This document shows, piece by piece, positions 46,508-55,405 of a stretch of DNA of 64,000 nt. The notes beneath the pieces are model-generated. The model was not told the DNA's origin and made no database searches. It saw nothing but the letters and a program-made list of their open reading frames with translations. Numbering within the stretch: position 1 is the first letter of the stretch; each line of letters begins with the position of its first letter. This stretch comes from an uncultured beta proteobacterium (GTDB lineage: Bacteria > Pseudomonadota > Gammaproteobacteria > Burkholderiales > Burkholderiaceae_F), in assembly GCA_963710675.1 (NCBI GenBank), contig CAVQBE010000015.1, positions 82,487 to 146,486 of the forward strand, read 5' to 3'. The translations under genes were made by a program, and so were the position numbers.

Positions 46508-47677
46508 ATGGCTTCACTGACGCAAGCGCGCTGGCTACGCCGAGCACTCATCGTGCTGATCGCAATTGCCGTCGTCGCTGCAGCGGTGTGGTGGATCAGC
46601 CGCCCGACGCCGATCGCAGTCGTGCTGACCGAAGTCGGACGTGGCAAGGTCGAAGCGACGATTGCGAACACCCGCGCCGGTACGGTTGAAGCGTGCCAGC
46701 GCACCAAGCTATCGCCAATCATCGGCGGCCGCATCGAAGTGCTGGCAGTCAAGGAGGGCGACCACGTCAAGAAGGGCCAGCTGCTGATGCAGCTGTGGAG
46801 CGACGACATCCAGGCGCAGGAGAAGCTGGCAGGTGCGCAGGCCGAGACCGCGCGCAAGCGCGTCGTCGAGGCGTGCACAGTCGCCGATAGCGCCGAGCGC
46901 GAAGTCAAGCGGCAAACCGAGTTGCACACACGCGGTTTCGTCTCGGCGAACGCGATCGACAGCGCGCGCTCCGCGGCCGATGCGAAGGTCGCTGCCTGCG
47001 CTACTGCGCGCGCCGACGTGTTCCAGGCCGAAGCGAACATCCGGCTCGCGCACACACAGAAGGGTCGAACGGTGCTGATTGCGCCGTTCGATGGCACCGT
47101 CGCCAAGATCGTGGGCGAGGTGGGCGAGTACTCAACGCCGTCGCCACCAGGTGTGCCTACGCCGCCGGCGATCGATCTGATCGATGAGTCGTGTCTTTAC
47201 GTGAAGGCACCGATGGACGAGGTCGACGCGCCCAAGATCCGTGAAGGCCAGCGCGTCCGCATCTCGCTCGACGCGCTGCCCGCGCAGTCATTCTCCGGCA
47301 AGGTCAAGCGTGTGGCGTCATACGTGACGGCGGTCGAAAAACAGGCGCGCACAGTCGACGTCGAGGCGACGTTCGATGACGCGGCGAAGATCGGCCGGCT
47401 GCTGGTCGGCTACAGCGCCGACGTCGAGATCGTGCTCGAAACGCGCGCCGACACGCTGCGCGTACCGACCTCTGCGCTGCTCGAGGGCGGCCGCGTGCTG
47501 CTACTCGGCGCCGACGGCACGCTGGTCGAACGCGCACTGAAGACCGGGCTTTCCAACTGGGAATTCACTGAAGTGGTCGATGGACTGGCCGCAGGTGACA
47601 AGGTAGTCACGTCGCTCGAACGCGCGGGCGTGAAAGCCGGTGTCAAAGCGGTCGCGGAAAAGGCCGCCGTCAAGTAG
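46508..47677 (+). CDS. efflux transporter periplasmic adaptor (HlyD/MacA family)
   Basis: N-terminal TM anchor, lipoyl/barrel-type sequence (VKEGDHVKKGQLLMQL), coiled-coil region and a C-terminal beta-barrel. Confidence 0.85.
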   Translation: MASLTQARWLRRALIVLIAIAVVAAAVWWISRPTPIAVVLTEVGRGKVEATIANTRAGTVEACQRTKLSPIIGGRIEVLAVKEGDHVKKGQLLMQLWSDDIQAQEKLAGAQAETARKRVVEACTVADSAEREVKRQTELHTRGFVSANAIDSARSAADAKVAACATARADVFQAEANIRLAHTQKGRTVLIAPFDGTVAKIVGEVGEYSTPSPPGVPTPPAIDLIDESCLYVKAPMDEVDAPKIREGQRVRISLDALPAQSFSGKVKRVASYVTAVEKQARTVDVEATFDDAAKIGRLLVGYSADVEIVLETRADTLRVPTSALLEGGRVLLLGADGTLVERALKTGLSNWEFTEVVDGLAAGDKVVTSLERAGVKAGVKAVAEKAAVK

Positions 47678-47687
47678 CGGCAAACTC

Positions 47688-48395
47688 GTCGTGGCGACTT
47701 CGGGCAATGGCGAGCTGATCAATCTGTCGGGTATCGAACGCGTGTTCCATCTCGGTGATAGCGAGGTGCACGCGCTGCACGAGCTCGAGCTGCGCATCGA
47801 GCCCGGTGAATACGTTGCGGTAATGGGCCCCTCGGGGTCGGGCAAGTCGACGCTGCTGAACCTGCTTGGGCTGCTCGACCGTCCGACCGCCGGCCGCTAT
47901 CTGCTCGAAGGCCGCGATGTCACAACACTGTCGCCCGACGAGCAGGCGCGCGTACGCAGCCGACGCATCGGCTTCGTGTTCCAGAGTTTTCATCTGGTGC
48001 CGCGCCTGACCGCGACGGAAAACATCGCACTGCCGATGATGCTGGCCGGCATCGTCGCGAAGGAACGCGACGCGCGCGTGCGCCAGGCACTCGCCGACTA
48101 CGGGATTGCAGACCGTGCTGAGCATCGGCCCGATCAACTGTCGGGCGGGCAGCGGCAGCGCGTGGCGATCGCGCGCGCCACAATCATGCAGCCGGCGCTG
48201 CTCCTTGCCGATGAACCAACCGGCAATCTCGATCGTGCGACCGGCGTCGAAGTCGTGCGCCTGCTGGAAGAACTGAACGCGCGTGGCGTGACGCTTATCG
48301 TCGTGACGCACGATCCCACGCTCGGCGCACGCGCGCGCCGCCGACTTGAAATGCAGGACGGCGCCATCCGGAACGACACCAGGGCCACGACGTGA
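47688..48395 (+). CDS. ABC transporter ATP-binding protein (MacB/LolD type)
   Basis: GPSGSGKST, LSGGQRQRVAIARA and LLLADEPTGNLD. GTG 47688 chosen because it follows the upstream stop. GTG 47640 is the alternative. Confidence 0.85.
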   Translation, partial: VVATSGNGELINLSGIERVFHLGDSEVHALHELELRIEPGEYVAVMGPSGSGKSTLLNLLGLLDRPTAGRYLLEGRDVTTLSPDEQARVRSRRIGFVFQSFHLVPRLTATENIALPMMLAGIVAKERDARVRQALADYGIADRAEHRPDQLSGGQRQRVAIARATIMQPALLLADEPTGNLDRATGVEVVRLLEELNARGVTLIVVTHDPTLGARARRRLEMQDGAIRNDTRATT

Positions 48396-49603
48396 TGCTT
48401 CCGTTCGATGTTGTCCGTTACGCGTACGGCGCGGCCGCCGGCAACCGGCTGCGCACGGTGCTGCTGATGCTGGCGATGGCGATCGGAGTAGCGGCGGTTG
48501 TCGTGCTGACCGCGCTCGGCGATGGTGCGCGTCGGTTCGTGGTCAACGAGTTCTCGTCTCTCGGCACCAATCTCGTCATCGTGCTGCCTGGACGTTCGCA
48601 GACGGGCGGCTTCAACCCCGCCAACGCAATCACGACTACCCCGCGCGACCTGACCGTCGAAGATGCGAGCGCCGTGCAGCGCGCCTCGGCCGCGCGTCGC
48701 GTGGCGCCGGTGGTGGTTGGCACTTCGGAGATCAGCGCCGGCGGACGCCTGCGCGAAACGCTCGTCGTTGGCACGACCGCCGAGTACCTGGACGTGCGTT
48801 CTTTCAAGATGGCACAGGGCACATTTCTGCCGCACGACGATTGGGGCCGCGGCACGCCGGTGATCGTGATCGGCTCGAAGTTGCGGACCGAGCTGTTCGG
48901 TGCCGCGCCCACGGTTGGGCAGTTCGTTCGCATCGGCGACCGGCGTTTACGGGTGATCGGTGTACTGGGCACGAGCGGCACCGGACTCGGCATGAACACT
49001 GACGAGCTGGCGTTCGTGCCGATCGCGATAGCGCAGCAGATGTTCAACACCACGAATCTGTTTCGCATCCTGATCGAGGCGCGCAATCGCGACGCGATCG
49101 AGACCGCCAAGCAGCAGGCGCGCGACATCCTCAAGGCGCGCCACGAGGGCGAGGAGGATGTCACCGTTCTCACTCAGGACGCTGTGCTGGCAACTTTCGA
49201 TCGCCTGCTCGGCACGCTGACGTACGGCGTTGCCGGCATCGCCGCGATCAGTCTTGCGGTGGCCGGCATTCTCGTGATGAACGTGATGTTGGTATCGGTA
49301 GCGCAGCGCACCGCTGAGATCGGACTGCTGAAGGCGCTCGGCGCCACCGCAGCGGCGATCCGCAACGCATTTCTCGCCGAGGCGGCGATGCTGTCGGCGT
49401 TCGGCGCGCTTCTCGGCTACGGGCTCGGCCTGGCCGGTGCGGCGATCATTCGCGCGGTGTATCCAACCTTGCCTGCGTATCCGCCCGAATGGGCCGTGCT
49501 AGCAGCATTGGGCACCGCCCTTGTCACGGGACTGACTTTCTGCGTGCTGCCGGCGCGCCGTGCGGCCCGACTCGATCCTGTGCTGGCGCTGGCGAAGCGA
49601 TGA
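48392..49603 (+). CDS. ABC transporter permease (FtsX/MacB_PCD type)
   Basis: 403 aa with TM1, a large periplasmic domain and three C-terminal TM helices (EIGLLKALGATAAAI). The start overlaps the ATPase stop. Confidence 0.85.
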   Translation: MMLPFDVVRYAYGAAAGNRLRTVLLMLAMAIGVAAVVVLTALGDGARRFVVNEFSSLGTNLVIVLPGRSQTGGFNPANAITTTPRDLTVEDASAVQRASAARRVAPVVVGTSEISAGGRLRETLVVGTTAEYLDVRSFKMAQGTFLPHDDWGRGTPVIVIGSKLRTELFGAAPTVGQFVRIGDRRLRVIGVLGTSGTGLGMNTDELAFVPIAIAQQMFNTTNLFRILIEARNRDAIETAKQQARDILKARHEGEEDVTVLTQDAVLATFDRLLGTLTYGVAGIAAISLAVAGILVMNVMLVSVAQRTAEIGLLKALGATAAAIRNAFLAEAAMLSAFGALLGYGLGLAGAAIIRAVYPTLPAYPPEWAVLAALGTALVTGLTFCVLPARRAARLDPVLALAKR

Positions 49604-50802
49604 TCCTGCGCGACGCCACTTTCTTTGCACTGCGCGCGATCACCGCGCAAGGCATGCGCAGCTTTCTGACGTTGCTCGGCATTGCAGTCGGAATCGCCGC
49701 AGTGATTTTGCTGACCTCGATCGGTGAAGGCATCCACCGCTTCGTGCTGGCGGAGTTTTCGCAGTTCGGAACCAACGTGGTGGGGGTAGCACCAGGCAGA
49801 GTAAAGACGGCCGGCGGACCGCCAACCGGATTGCCGACTGCAGTGCGGCCGCTGACCTTCGACGATGCGCGTGCGCTGCAGAAGCTGCCACAGGTGATCG
49901 GCGTCGCGCCCACCGTGTGGGGCAACTCCGAAGTCGCAGGCAACGGCCGACTGCGACGCACGACGATCTACGGCGTGAGTCAGGCGGCGCTGCAGGTATT
50001 CAACATGACCGTGAAGAGCGGTCAGTTCCTGCCGAACGAAGAATGGGAGAGTGCGCGGCCGTTCGTCGTGCTCGGTAGCAAGCTGAAAGACGAGCTCTTC
50101 GGTACCGCCAACCCGCTCGGAGCGCGCGTGCGCATCGGAACGCTGCGGTTCCGCGTGGTGGGCGTGCTCGAGTCAAAAGGACAGTTTCTCGGAATCGATC
50201 TGGACGACACCGCGTTCATTCCCGCGGCGCGCGCGCTCGAGCTCTTCAACAAGGACGGGCTCACCGAGATCCACCTCTCGTATGAGGAAGGGGCTTCGGC
50301 AAATATGATGGCAGAGCGGACGAAAGGCGTGCTCACTGCGCGCCACGGCCGAGAGGACTTCACGATCACAACGCAGGAAGACATGTTGCGCACGCTCGGC
50401 AACATTCTTGACATCCTGACGATGGCGGTCGGCGCGCTCGGCAGCATCTCGCTGTTGGTGGGGGGTGTCGGCATCGTGACGATCATGACGATCGCAGTGG
50501 CTGAGCGCACCAGCGAGGTCGGCCTGATGCTCGCGCTCGGCGCGCAACGGCGCTCTATCCTCGCTCTGTTTCTCGGTGAGGCCGTAGTGCTTGCCGTGCT
50601 GGGCGGAGCTGCCGGCCTGGCTCTTGGCTTCGGACTAGCGCAGCTGGTTCACGCTGCGTTTCCCGCGCTGCCGGTCCATACACCGCTGGTCTATGCGGCG
50701 CTGGCAGTTGCGCTGTCCGCAGTAATCGGGTTGCTCGCCGGCGTTTTGCCCGCGCGGCGCGCGTCGTTGCTCGATCCGGTCGAGTCGCTGCGCGCGGAAT
50801 AG
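49600..50802 (+). CDS. second ABC transporter permease (FtsX/MacB_PCD type)
   Basis: Start at MILRDATFFALRAI (ATG 49600, ATGA overlap). Same architecture (EVGLMLALGAQRRSI). Confidence 0.85.
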   Translation: MILRDATFFALRAITAQGMRSFLTLLGIAVGIAAVILLTSIGEGIHRFVLAEFSQFGTNVVGVAPGRVKTAGGPPTGLPTAVRPLTFDDARALQKLPQVIGVAPTVWGNSEVAGNGRLRRTTIYGVSQAALQVFNMTVKSGQFLPNEEWESARPFVVLGSKLKDELFGTANPLGARVRIGTLRFRVVGVLESKGQFLGIDLDDTAFIPAARALELFNKDGLTEIHLSYEEGASANMMAERTKGVLTARHGREDFTITTQEDMLRTLGNILDILTMAVGALGSISLLVGGVGIVTIMTIAVAERTSEVGLMLALGAQRRSILALFLGEAVVLAVLGGAAGLALGFGLAQLVHAAFPALPVHTPLVYAALAVALSAVIGLLAGVLPARRASLLDPVESLRAE

Positions 50803-50820
50803 CGGATTCGCCACTTAAAC

Positions 50821-51474
50821 TCATGCATTCTCCGCCTGCGAAGAAATGCGCGGAAAAAATGCGGGCGTTTCAGCCTGGTAGCGCCGGTAGGACTCTCCAA
50901 ACCGCTTCAAAGCCTCGTGTTCCTCGCTGCGCGCGAGGCGCACGTAGAGAATAAGCAGGATCGGAAACATAGCCAGCGTGATCAGCGTCGGCCATTGCAA
51001 TAGAAAGCCAATCATGATCACGACAAACGCGGCGTACTCCGGATGACGTAAGCGCGCATACACGCCGGTTTTCGCCAGTTCCCCGCGCTGCTGCGCTTTG
51101 TGCCGTACCGACCATGCCGCTGCCAGAAGGATAAAACCGCCGACAATCAGCACAGTGCTTGCGATCTGGAAAAAACCGAAAGGCGGATTCGCACGCCAAT
51201 CGAACATCATCCCAAGCACATTTCCAACTTCATGCGGAAGAGATTCAACGATTGGGAATCTTGCACCTGGCCAACCAGACAGCAGATAAATCGTCAGAGG
51301 AAATCCATACATCTCGGCGAACAGTGCCGCCAGGAAGGCCGTGAAAGCGCCAAAGGTCCACCAGTCGCGACTGGTCTTCGGCCGATAAAAGACAAAAGCG
51401 ATGGTCGCAAAGACGAGCGTGTAAATGACTGCCAGCGACCATTCACCGTAGAACGGAACGGCGTCGCGACTCAT
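50821..51474 (-). CDS. isoprenylcysteine carboxyl / phospholipid methyltransferase family membrane protein
   Basis: GVYARLRHPEYAAFVVIMIGFLL...EEHEALKRFGESYRRY is typical of the ICMT/PEMT family. Five TM helices. Confidence 0.75.
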   Translation of the reverse strand: MSRDAVPFYGEWSLAVIYTLVFATIAFVFYRPKTSRDWWTFGAFTAFLAALFAEMYGFPLTIYLLSGWPGARFPIVESLPHEVGNVLGMMFDWRANPPFGFFQIASTVLIVGGFILLAAAWSVRHKAQQRGELAKTGVYARLRHPEYAAFVVIMIGFLLQWPTLITLAMFPILLILYVRLARSEEHEALKRFGESYRRYQAETPAFFPRISSQAENA

Positions 51475-51548
51475 GGAAGTTGTTTCACTGATCCGATATC
51501 GTGATCCAGATTATCCGAGCCGTGTCGGCAGCCGCTTATTGACAGAAG

Positions 51549-52205
51549 TCAGCACGTTCGCGCTTTACCCGTGTTTTCGTATACCAGCCGTCGGTCGCTC
51601 GGAAGTGAGACCGATTCTTTACTCGGCATTCTTGCGATCAGCTCGGCCCACAGGACGCTGACGTCTTTGCGGAACAACAACTCCGCTTGCGGCTCGGAGA
51701 CACTCCAGAAGCCGCTCTCTACTTCACCTTCGAGCTCATCTTCGAACCAACTGATGTAGCCAGTGACGTACCGAGCCTTGTTGGGCGTTCGTTCGATCAG
51801 GCCCTTAATCGCCTTCGGGGTAGAAGTAACAAAAAGGTCTTCAAAGAGGCGTACCGAATTCGCAGGCGGATGGCTCTTCGTACGCACGAATGCAAAAATC
51901 GTCCCTAATGAGTCGGGACCACCAATGTAAATTGGATCCAGCACCTTCCTCGATGGCGCATGGCTGGGAAATACGCTTGCGAGTTTGTGCTTCGAAGGTC
52001 GATTGACAATGAAGCCTACGTGTTGCTTTCCGCCCACCGGGAGCGCGATCACTACCGCCTGACTATAGAGCCCCTCGACGTCGGGTGACGCCACTAACAG
52101 CACCGGGCCGTCTAGGCTCTGCGCAACAGCGATATTCGCGATAGCCATCCATAGGCACGTCGACACTAACGTTGCGCAATGGAGGAAACGTCTGCGCGTG
52201 TTCAT
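51549..52205 (-). CDS. YqgE/AlgH (UPF0301) family protein with an N-terminal Tat-type signal peptide
   Basis: Start at MNTRRRFLHCATL (ATG 52205). The body aligns by eye to YqgE (LLVASPDV...GFIVNRPS...IYIGGPD...GYISWFEDELEGEVESGFW). N-terminus is TRRRFLH, then a hydrophobic stretch, then AVA-Q. Confidence 0.7.
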   Translation of the reverse strand: MNTRRRFLHCATLVSTCLWMAIANIAVAQSLDGPVLLVASPDVEGLYSQAVVIALPVGGKQHVGFIVNRPSKHKLASVFPSHAPSRKVLDPIYIGGPDSLGTIFAFVRTKSHPPANSVRLFEDLFVTSTPKAIKGLIERTPNKARYVTGYISWFEDELEGEVESGFWSVSEPQAELLFRKDVSVLWAELIARMPSKESVSLPSDRRLVYENTGKARTC

Positions 52206-52224
52206 AGCCCGAACGCGGAGCCCG

Positions 52225-52689
52225 TTAGGCGCGGGATCGCGCCCGTACCAGCAGCACCGGAGCAGGCGCCATCCGAACCAGTGTCTCAGCAACGCTACCG
52301 AGCACGATACGATTGAAGCCCCGACGACCGTGCGTACCGAGCACGATCAAGTCGGCGTCCCAGCCTTGAGCGTCTTTAGCAATTGTCGATGCGACGCGCA
52401 ATGACGGGTCGTCTCCCTCAAGCATTGCGATCTCGCTGTCAACGCCGGCGCTGCCCGCTTTGGCTGCGGCCACCGATAGCGCATGGCGCCCCTCTTCTCG
52501 CAACGCCTCCCATAGCGGTGTCGGATCAAACGCAGGCCCATCTAGCATCGTTAGGGGATACTTGAACAATTCGACGACATGCACGATTCGAAGCCGCGCG
52601 CGCTGGGACTTGGCAAGTTGTACTGCGTGATCCAGCGCAAGATCAGAAGTATCACTGCCGTCGACGGCGATGAGAATGCGTTGATACAT
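52225..52689 (-). CDS. universal stress protein (UspA family)
   Basis: MYQRILIAVDGSDTSDLALDHA...LIVLGTHGRRGFNRIVLGSVAE shows the USP ATP-binding motif. Confidence 0.9.
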   Translation of the reverse strand: MYQRILIAVDGSDTSDLALDHAVQLAKSQRARLRIVHVVELFKYPLTMLDGPAFDPTPLWEALREEGRHALSVAAAKAGSAGVDSEIAMLEGDDPSLRVASTIAKDAQGWDADLIVLGTHGRRGFNRIVLGSVAETLVRMAPAPVLLVRARSRA

Positions 52690-52807
52690 GGGCAGATTGT
52701 TTGTCCAGTAGTCGCAGAGCTATCACGTCTCTTTTGAGCTAGGCATTGCTTCCATCAAAACTCGCTCCTGCCATGGATCCACGATAGCCAACTTCACTGT
52801 GTCGATG

Positions 52808-52821
52808 TTGATTTACATCAG
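52808..52821 (-). promoter_or_regulatory. FNR/Anr-type box upstream of usp
   Basis: Plus strand TTGATTTACATCAG matches TTGAT-N4-ATCAA at 9/10. On the coding (minus) strand a TATCGT -10-like hexamer lies 21-22 nt downstream, which is class II spacing. The box centre is about 125 nt upstream of the usp ATG. Confidence 0.45.
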
Positions 52822-52920
52822 TGCGTGATCGGAAGCTGCAAAAGTTTGATACGGACAACCCGCCGTGAACAGGAACAGAGTGAGCGTCTTGGAGTTACCA
52901 AGCGCTAGGAACTGAATTCA

Positions 52921-52995
52921 TGGTGGGTGGTACAGGGTTCGAACCTGTGACCCCTGCCGTGTGAAGGCAGTGCTCTACCACTGAGCTAACCACCC
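52921..52995 (-). tRNA. tRNA-Val (anticodon CAC)
   Basis: GGGTGGTTAGCTCAGTGGTAGAGCACTGCCTTCACACGGCAGGGGTCACAGGTTCGAACCCTGTACCACCCACCA. The acceptor GGGTGGT/ACCACCC pairs and the anticodon loop is TTCACAC. Confidence 0.85.
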
Positions 52996-53060
52996 GCTGA
53001 TTGAAACGCGAAGGACGCGAATTATTGCATGCGGTCGCGTGACTGCTTGCTTGCCTTACG

Positions 53061-54635
53061 ATGGCTTACTCGACAGCCGTGGAGGGCGGTCTGAATCTTT
53101 CGCATACTCTGTTTCGTACCGCTCGGCGTCTGCCGCGCGCGGTTGCCGTGATCGAACGTGATCGGATCGAGCTCAGCTACGAGCAGCTGGCTGACCGCTC
53201 GGCGCGTCTCGCTTCGGCACTCCTTGAACTCGGCGCGGGTCCCGGTGAGCGCGTCGCGCTGCTCGCGCACAACTGCGCCGCGTATGTGGAATTGCTTTAC
53301 GCCTGCTGGACCATTGGCGCCTGCGCCGTTCCCGTCAACGTGCGGCTGCATCCGAAGGAAGTTGCCTTCATTCTGGACGACGCTGACGTGCGCGTTGCGT
53401 TCGTCACTGACGATATTGATACGACCGCGATCGAGCACGAGCGCACTGGCGTCACGCATTTTGTTGGTATCGAAAGTTCCGAATATCGCAAGCTGTTGCA
53501 CGCCGAGGCGATGCCTGAGCCGCGCTCTGATCTTTCGCAAGCGCCCGCATGGCTGTTCTACACCAGCGGAACGACCGGCCGACCGAAAGGTGTGGTGCTG
53601 ACACACCGCAACCTGCTGGCAATGGCACTGAACTACCTTGCGGATGTCGACCACGCCGCCGTCGGGGACCATCTGCTGCATGCAGCACCCATGTCGCACG
53701 GCTCGGGGCTCTACATCATCCCGAACATCGCTGTGGGCGCTACGCAATTGATTCCGGCGACGCACGGATTCGAGGTCGATGAGATAGCGCACATCATCGC
53801 GTACACGCCCCGCGTCAAATTTTTTGCGGCACCGACGATGGTGATGCGATTGGTTGACGGCTGGCGCGCCGAGAGCGAGCCCGTTAATCTAAAGTCGATC
53901 ATCTACGGTGGTGGGCCGATGTATGTTGCAGATTGCCTGCGAGCACTGGAGCGCTTCGGACCAAGACTGGTGCAAATCTACGGGCAGGGAGAGGCGCCGA
54001 TGACGATCACCGTCCTGCCCTCGGCTGACCATGTCGATGACCACGATGGCCGCCGTCTCGAGCGGCTCGGTTCGGTCGGGCGGGCGCAAACCGGTGTGCA
54101 AATCGCGGTGCTTGATGGAAGCGACGAGCCTGTCCCGTCAGGTGAACTCGGCGAAGTCTGTGTGCGTGGCGACGTCGTGATGACCGGCTACCTGAATAAT
54201 CCGGAGGCCACCGCGCAAACGCTCGCCAACGGATGGCTGCACACTGGCGACGTCGGCCGATTCGATGCGCACGGCTACCTGACGCTGGTCGATCGCAGCA
54301 AAGATCTGATCATCTCGGGCGGCTCGAACATATATCCGCGTGAGGTGGAGGAAGTTCTGTTGCGGCATCCTGCAATCAAGGAAGCCGCGGTGCTGGGCGA
54401 ACCCGATCCGCAGTGGGGCGAGTCGGTTGTTGCGGTACTCGTGACGCAACCGGGACAGCTTGCCGACCAACACGAGCTCGACTCGTGGTGTCTCGAGCAC
54501 ATCGCGCGCTTCAAGCGGCCGAAGCGCTATGTGTTCGTCTCTGATCTGCCGAGAAATGCGACCGGCAAGGTATTGAAGCGCGAGCTGCGGTTGCAACTCA
54601 CGCATGCGCAGGAGTCAAGCGCCATACAGGTGTGA
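53061..54635 (+). CDS. AMP-dependent acyl-CoA synthetase/ligase
   Basis: AMP-binding signature LFYTSGTTGRPKGVVLTH, plus GWLHTGDVG and ISGGSNIYPREVE motifs. Length is 524 aa. Confidence 0.9.
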   Translation: MAYSTAVEGGLNLSHTLFRTARRLPRAVAVIERDRIELSYEQLADRSARLASALLELGAGPGERVALLAHNCAAYVELLYACWTIGACAVPVNVRLHPKEVAFILDDADVRVAFVTDDIDTTAIEHERTGVTHFVGIESSEYRKLLHAEAMPEPRSDLSQAPAWLFYTSGTTGRPKGVVLTHRNLLAMALNYLADVDHAAVGDHLLHAAPMSHGSGLYIIPNIAVGATQLIPATHGFEVDEIAHIIAYTPRVKFFAAPTMVMRLVDGWRAESEPVNLKSIIYGGGPMYVADCLRALERFGPRLVQIYGQGEAPMTITVLPSADHVDDHDGRRLERLGSVGRAQTGVQIAVLDGSDEPVPSGELGEVCVRGDVVMTGYLNNPEATAQTLANGWLHTGDVGRFDAHGYLTLVDRSKDLIISGGSNIYPREVEEVLLRHPAIKEAAVLGEPDPQWGESVVAVLVTQPGQLADQHELDSWCLEHIARFKRPKRYVFVSDLPRNATGKVLKRELRLQLTHAQESSAIQV

Positions 54636-55302
54636 CTTTCGCTTCGCGCGCGATCAGGTCAAGCAGCGCCTCGTGCGCTGCTACTTCTTCGTCGGCGACA
54701 GCGACTGCGATCAGCAGGCCGACGTCGATCGGACCAAAGTTCGCCGTCAGCGCATCGTCGTCAAGCACGTCGATCACGAGGCTGTCCTGGCCGCGCGTCA
54801 TTGCGAGAAACACATCGGCCAGCAATCCGGCATCGAGCAGAGCGCCGTGCAGCGTGCGATGCGCGTTTGATATGGCGTATCGCTCGCAAAGCGCATCGAG
54901 CGAGTTGCGCTTCCCGGGATGCTGCTCGCGTGCATGCTGCAGCGAGCAGATCACTTTCAGGCAATGATCCGCAAAGCGACTGCGCCCGATGCGGCTTAGT
55001 TCGGCATCCAGAAACTCGATGTCGAACTCGGCGTTGTGAATGATGACCTCGGCGTTCTTTACGAACTCGATCAGGTCATCGACGATGTCACCGAACCTGG
55101 GTTTGTCTTGGAGAAATTGCTTGTTGATCCCGTGCACTGCGAGCGCGCCTTCGTCGCACTCGCGCTCGGGATTGACATACTGATGAAAGCGTCGCTCGGT
55201 AATTCGGCGGCCAACAATCTCGATCGCGCCGATCTCGATGATGCGGTGCCCATCTTTGACTTCGAGGCCGGTTGTTTCAGTATCGAGGACGACTTGTCTC
55301 AT
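54598..55302 (-). CDS. dnaQ: DNA polymerase III epsilon subunit (3'-5' exonuclease)
   Basis: Exo I VVLDTETTGL, Exo II IIHNAEFDIEFL and Exo III HGALLDAGLLADV. Length is 234 aa. Confidence 0.9.
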   Translation of the reverse strand: MRQVVLDTETTGLEVKDGHRIIEIGAIEIVGRRITERRFHQYVNPERECDEGALAVHGINKQFLQDKPRFGDIVDDLIEFVKNAEVIIHNAEFDIEFLDAELSRIGRSRFADHCLKVICSLQHAREQHPGKRNSLDALCERYAISNAHRTLHGALLDAGLLADVFLAMTRGQDSLVIDVLDDDALTANFGPIDVGLLIAVAVADEEVAAHEALLDLIAREAKVTPVWRLTPAHA

Positions 55303-55405
55303 CGCCTTCGATTTTAGCCGCGGCTCCGATCGCTGTCCTGCCAGCAGACCTTCTTGCAGAAGAACTTCGAATCAGAATGCCGCGCGCAGAAGTGCTCTTG
55401 TCGTC

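Noticed and set aside
48134-49173. Minus-strand ORFs of 233 and 251 aa over the ABC ATPase and permease genes
   Set aside because: These are shadow ORFs opposite genes with clear Walker and FtsX motifs.
53022-53792. 256-aa minus-strand ORF
   Set aside because: It is antisense to the well-supported acyl-CoA synthetase gene, with typical high-GC shadow-ORF composition.
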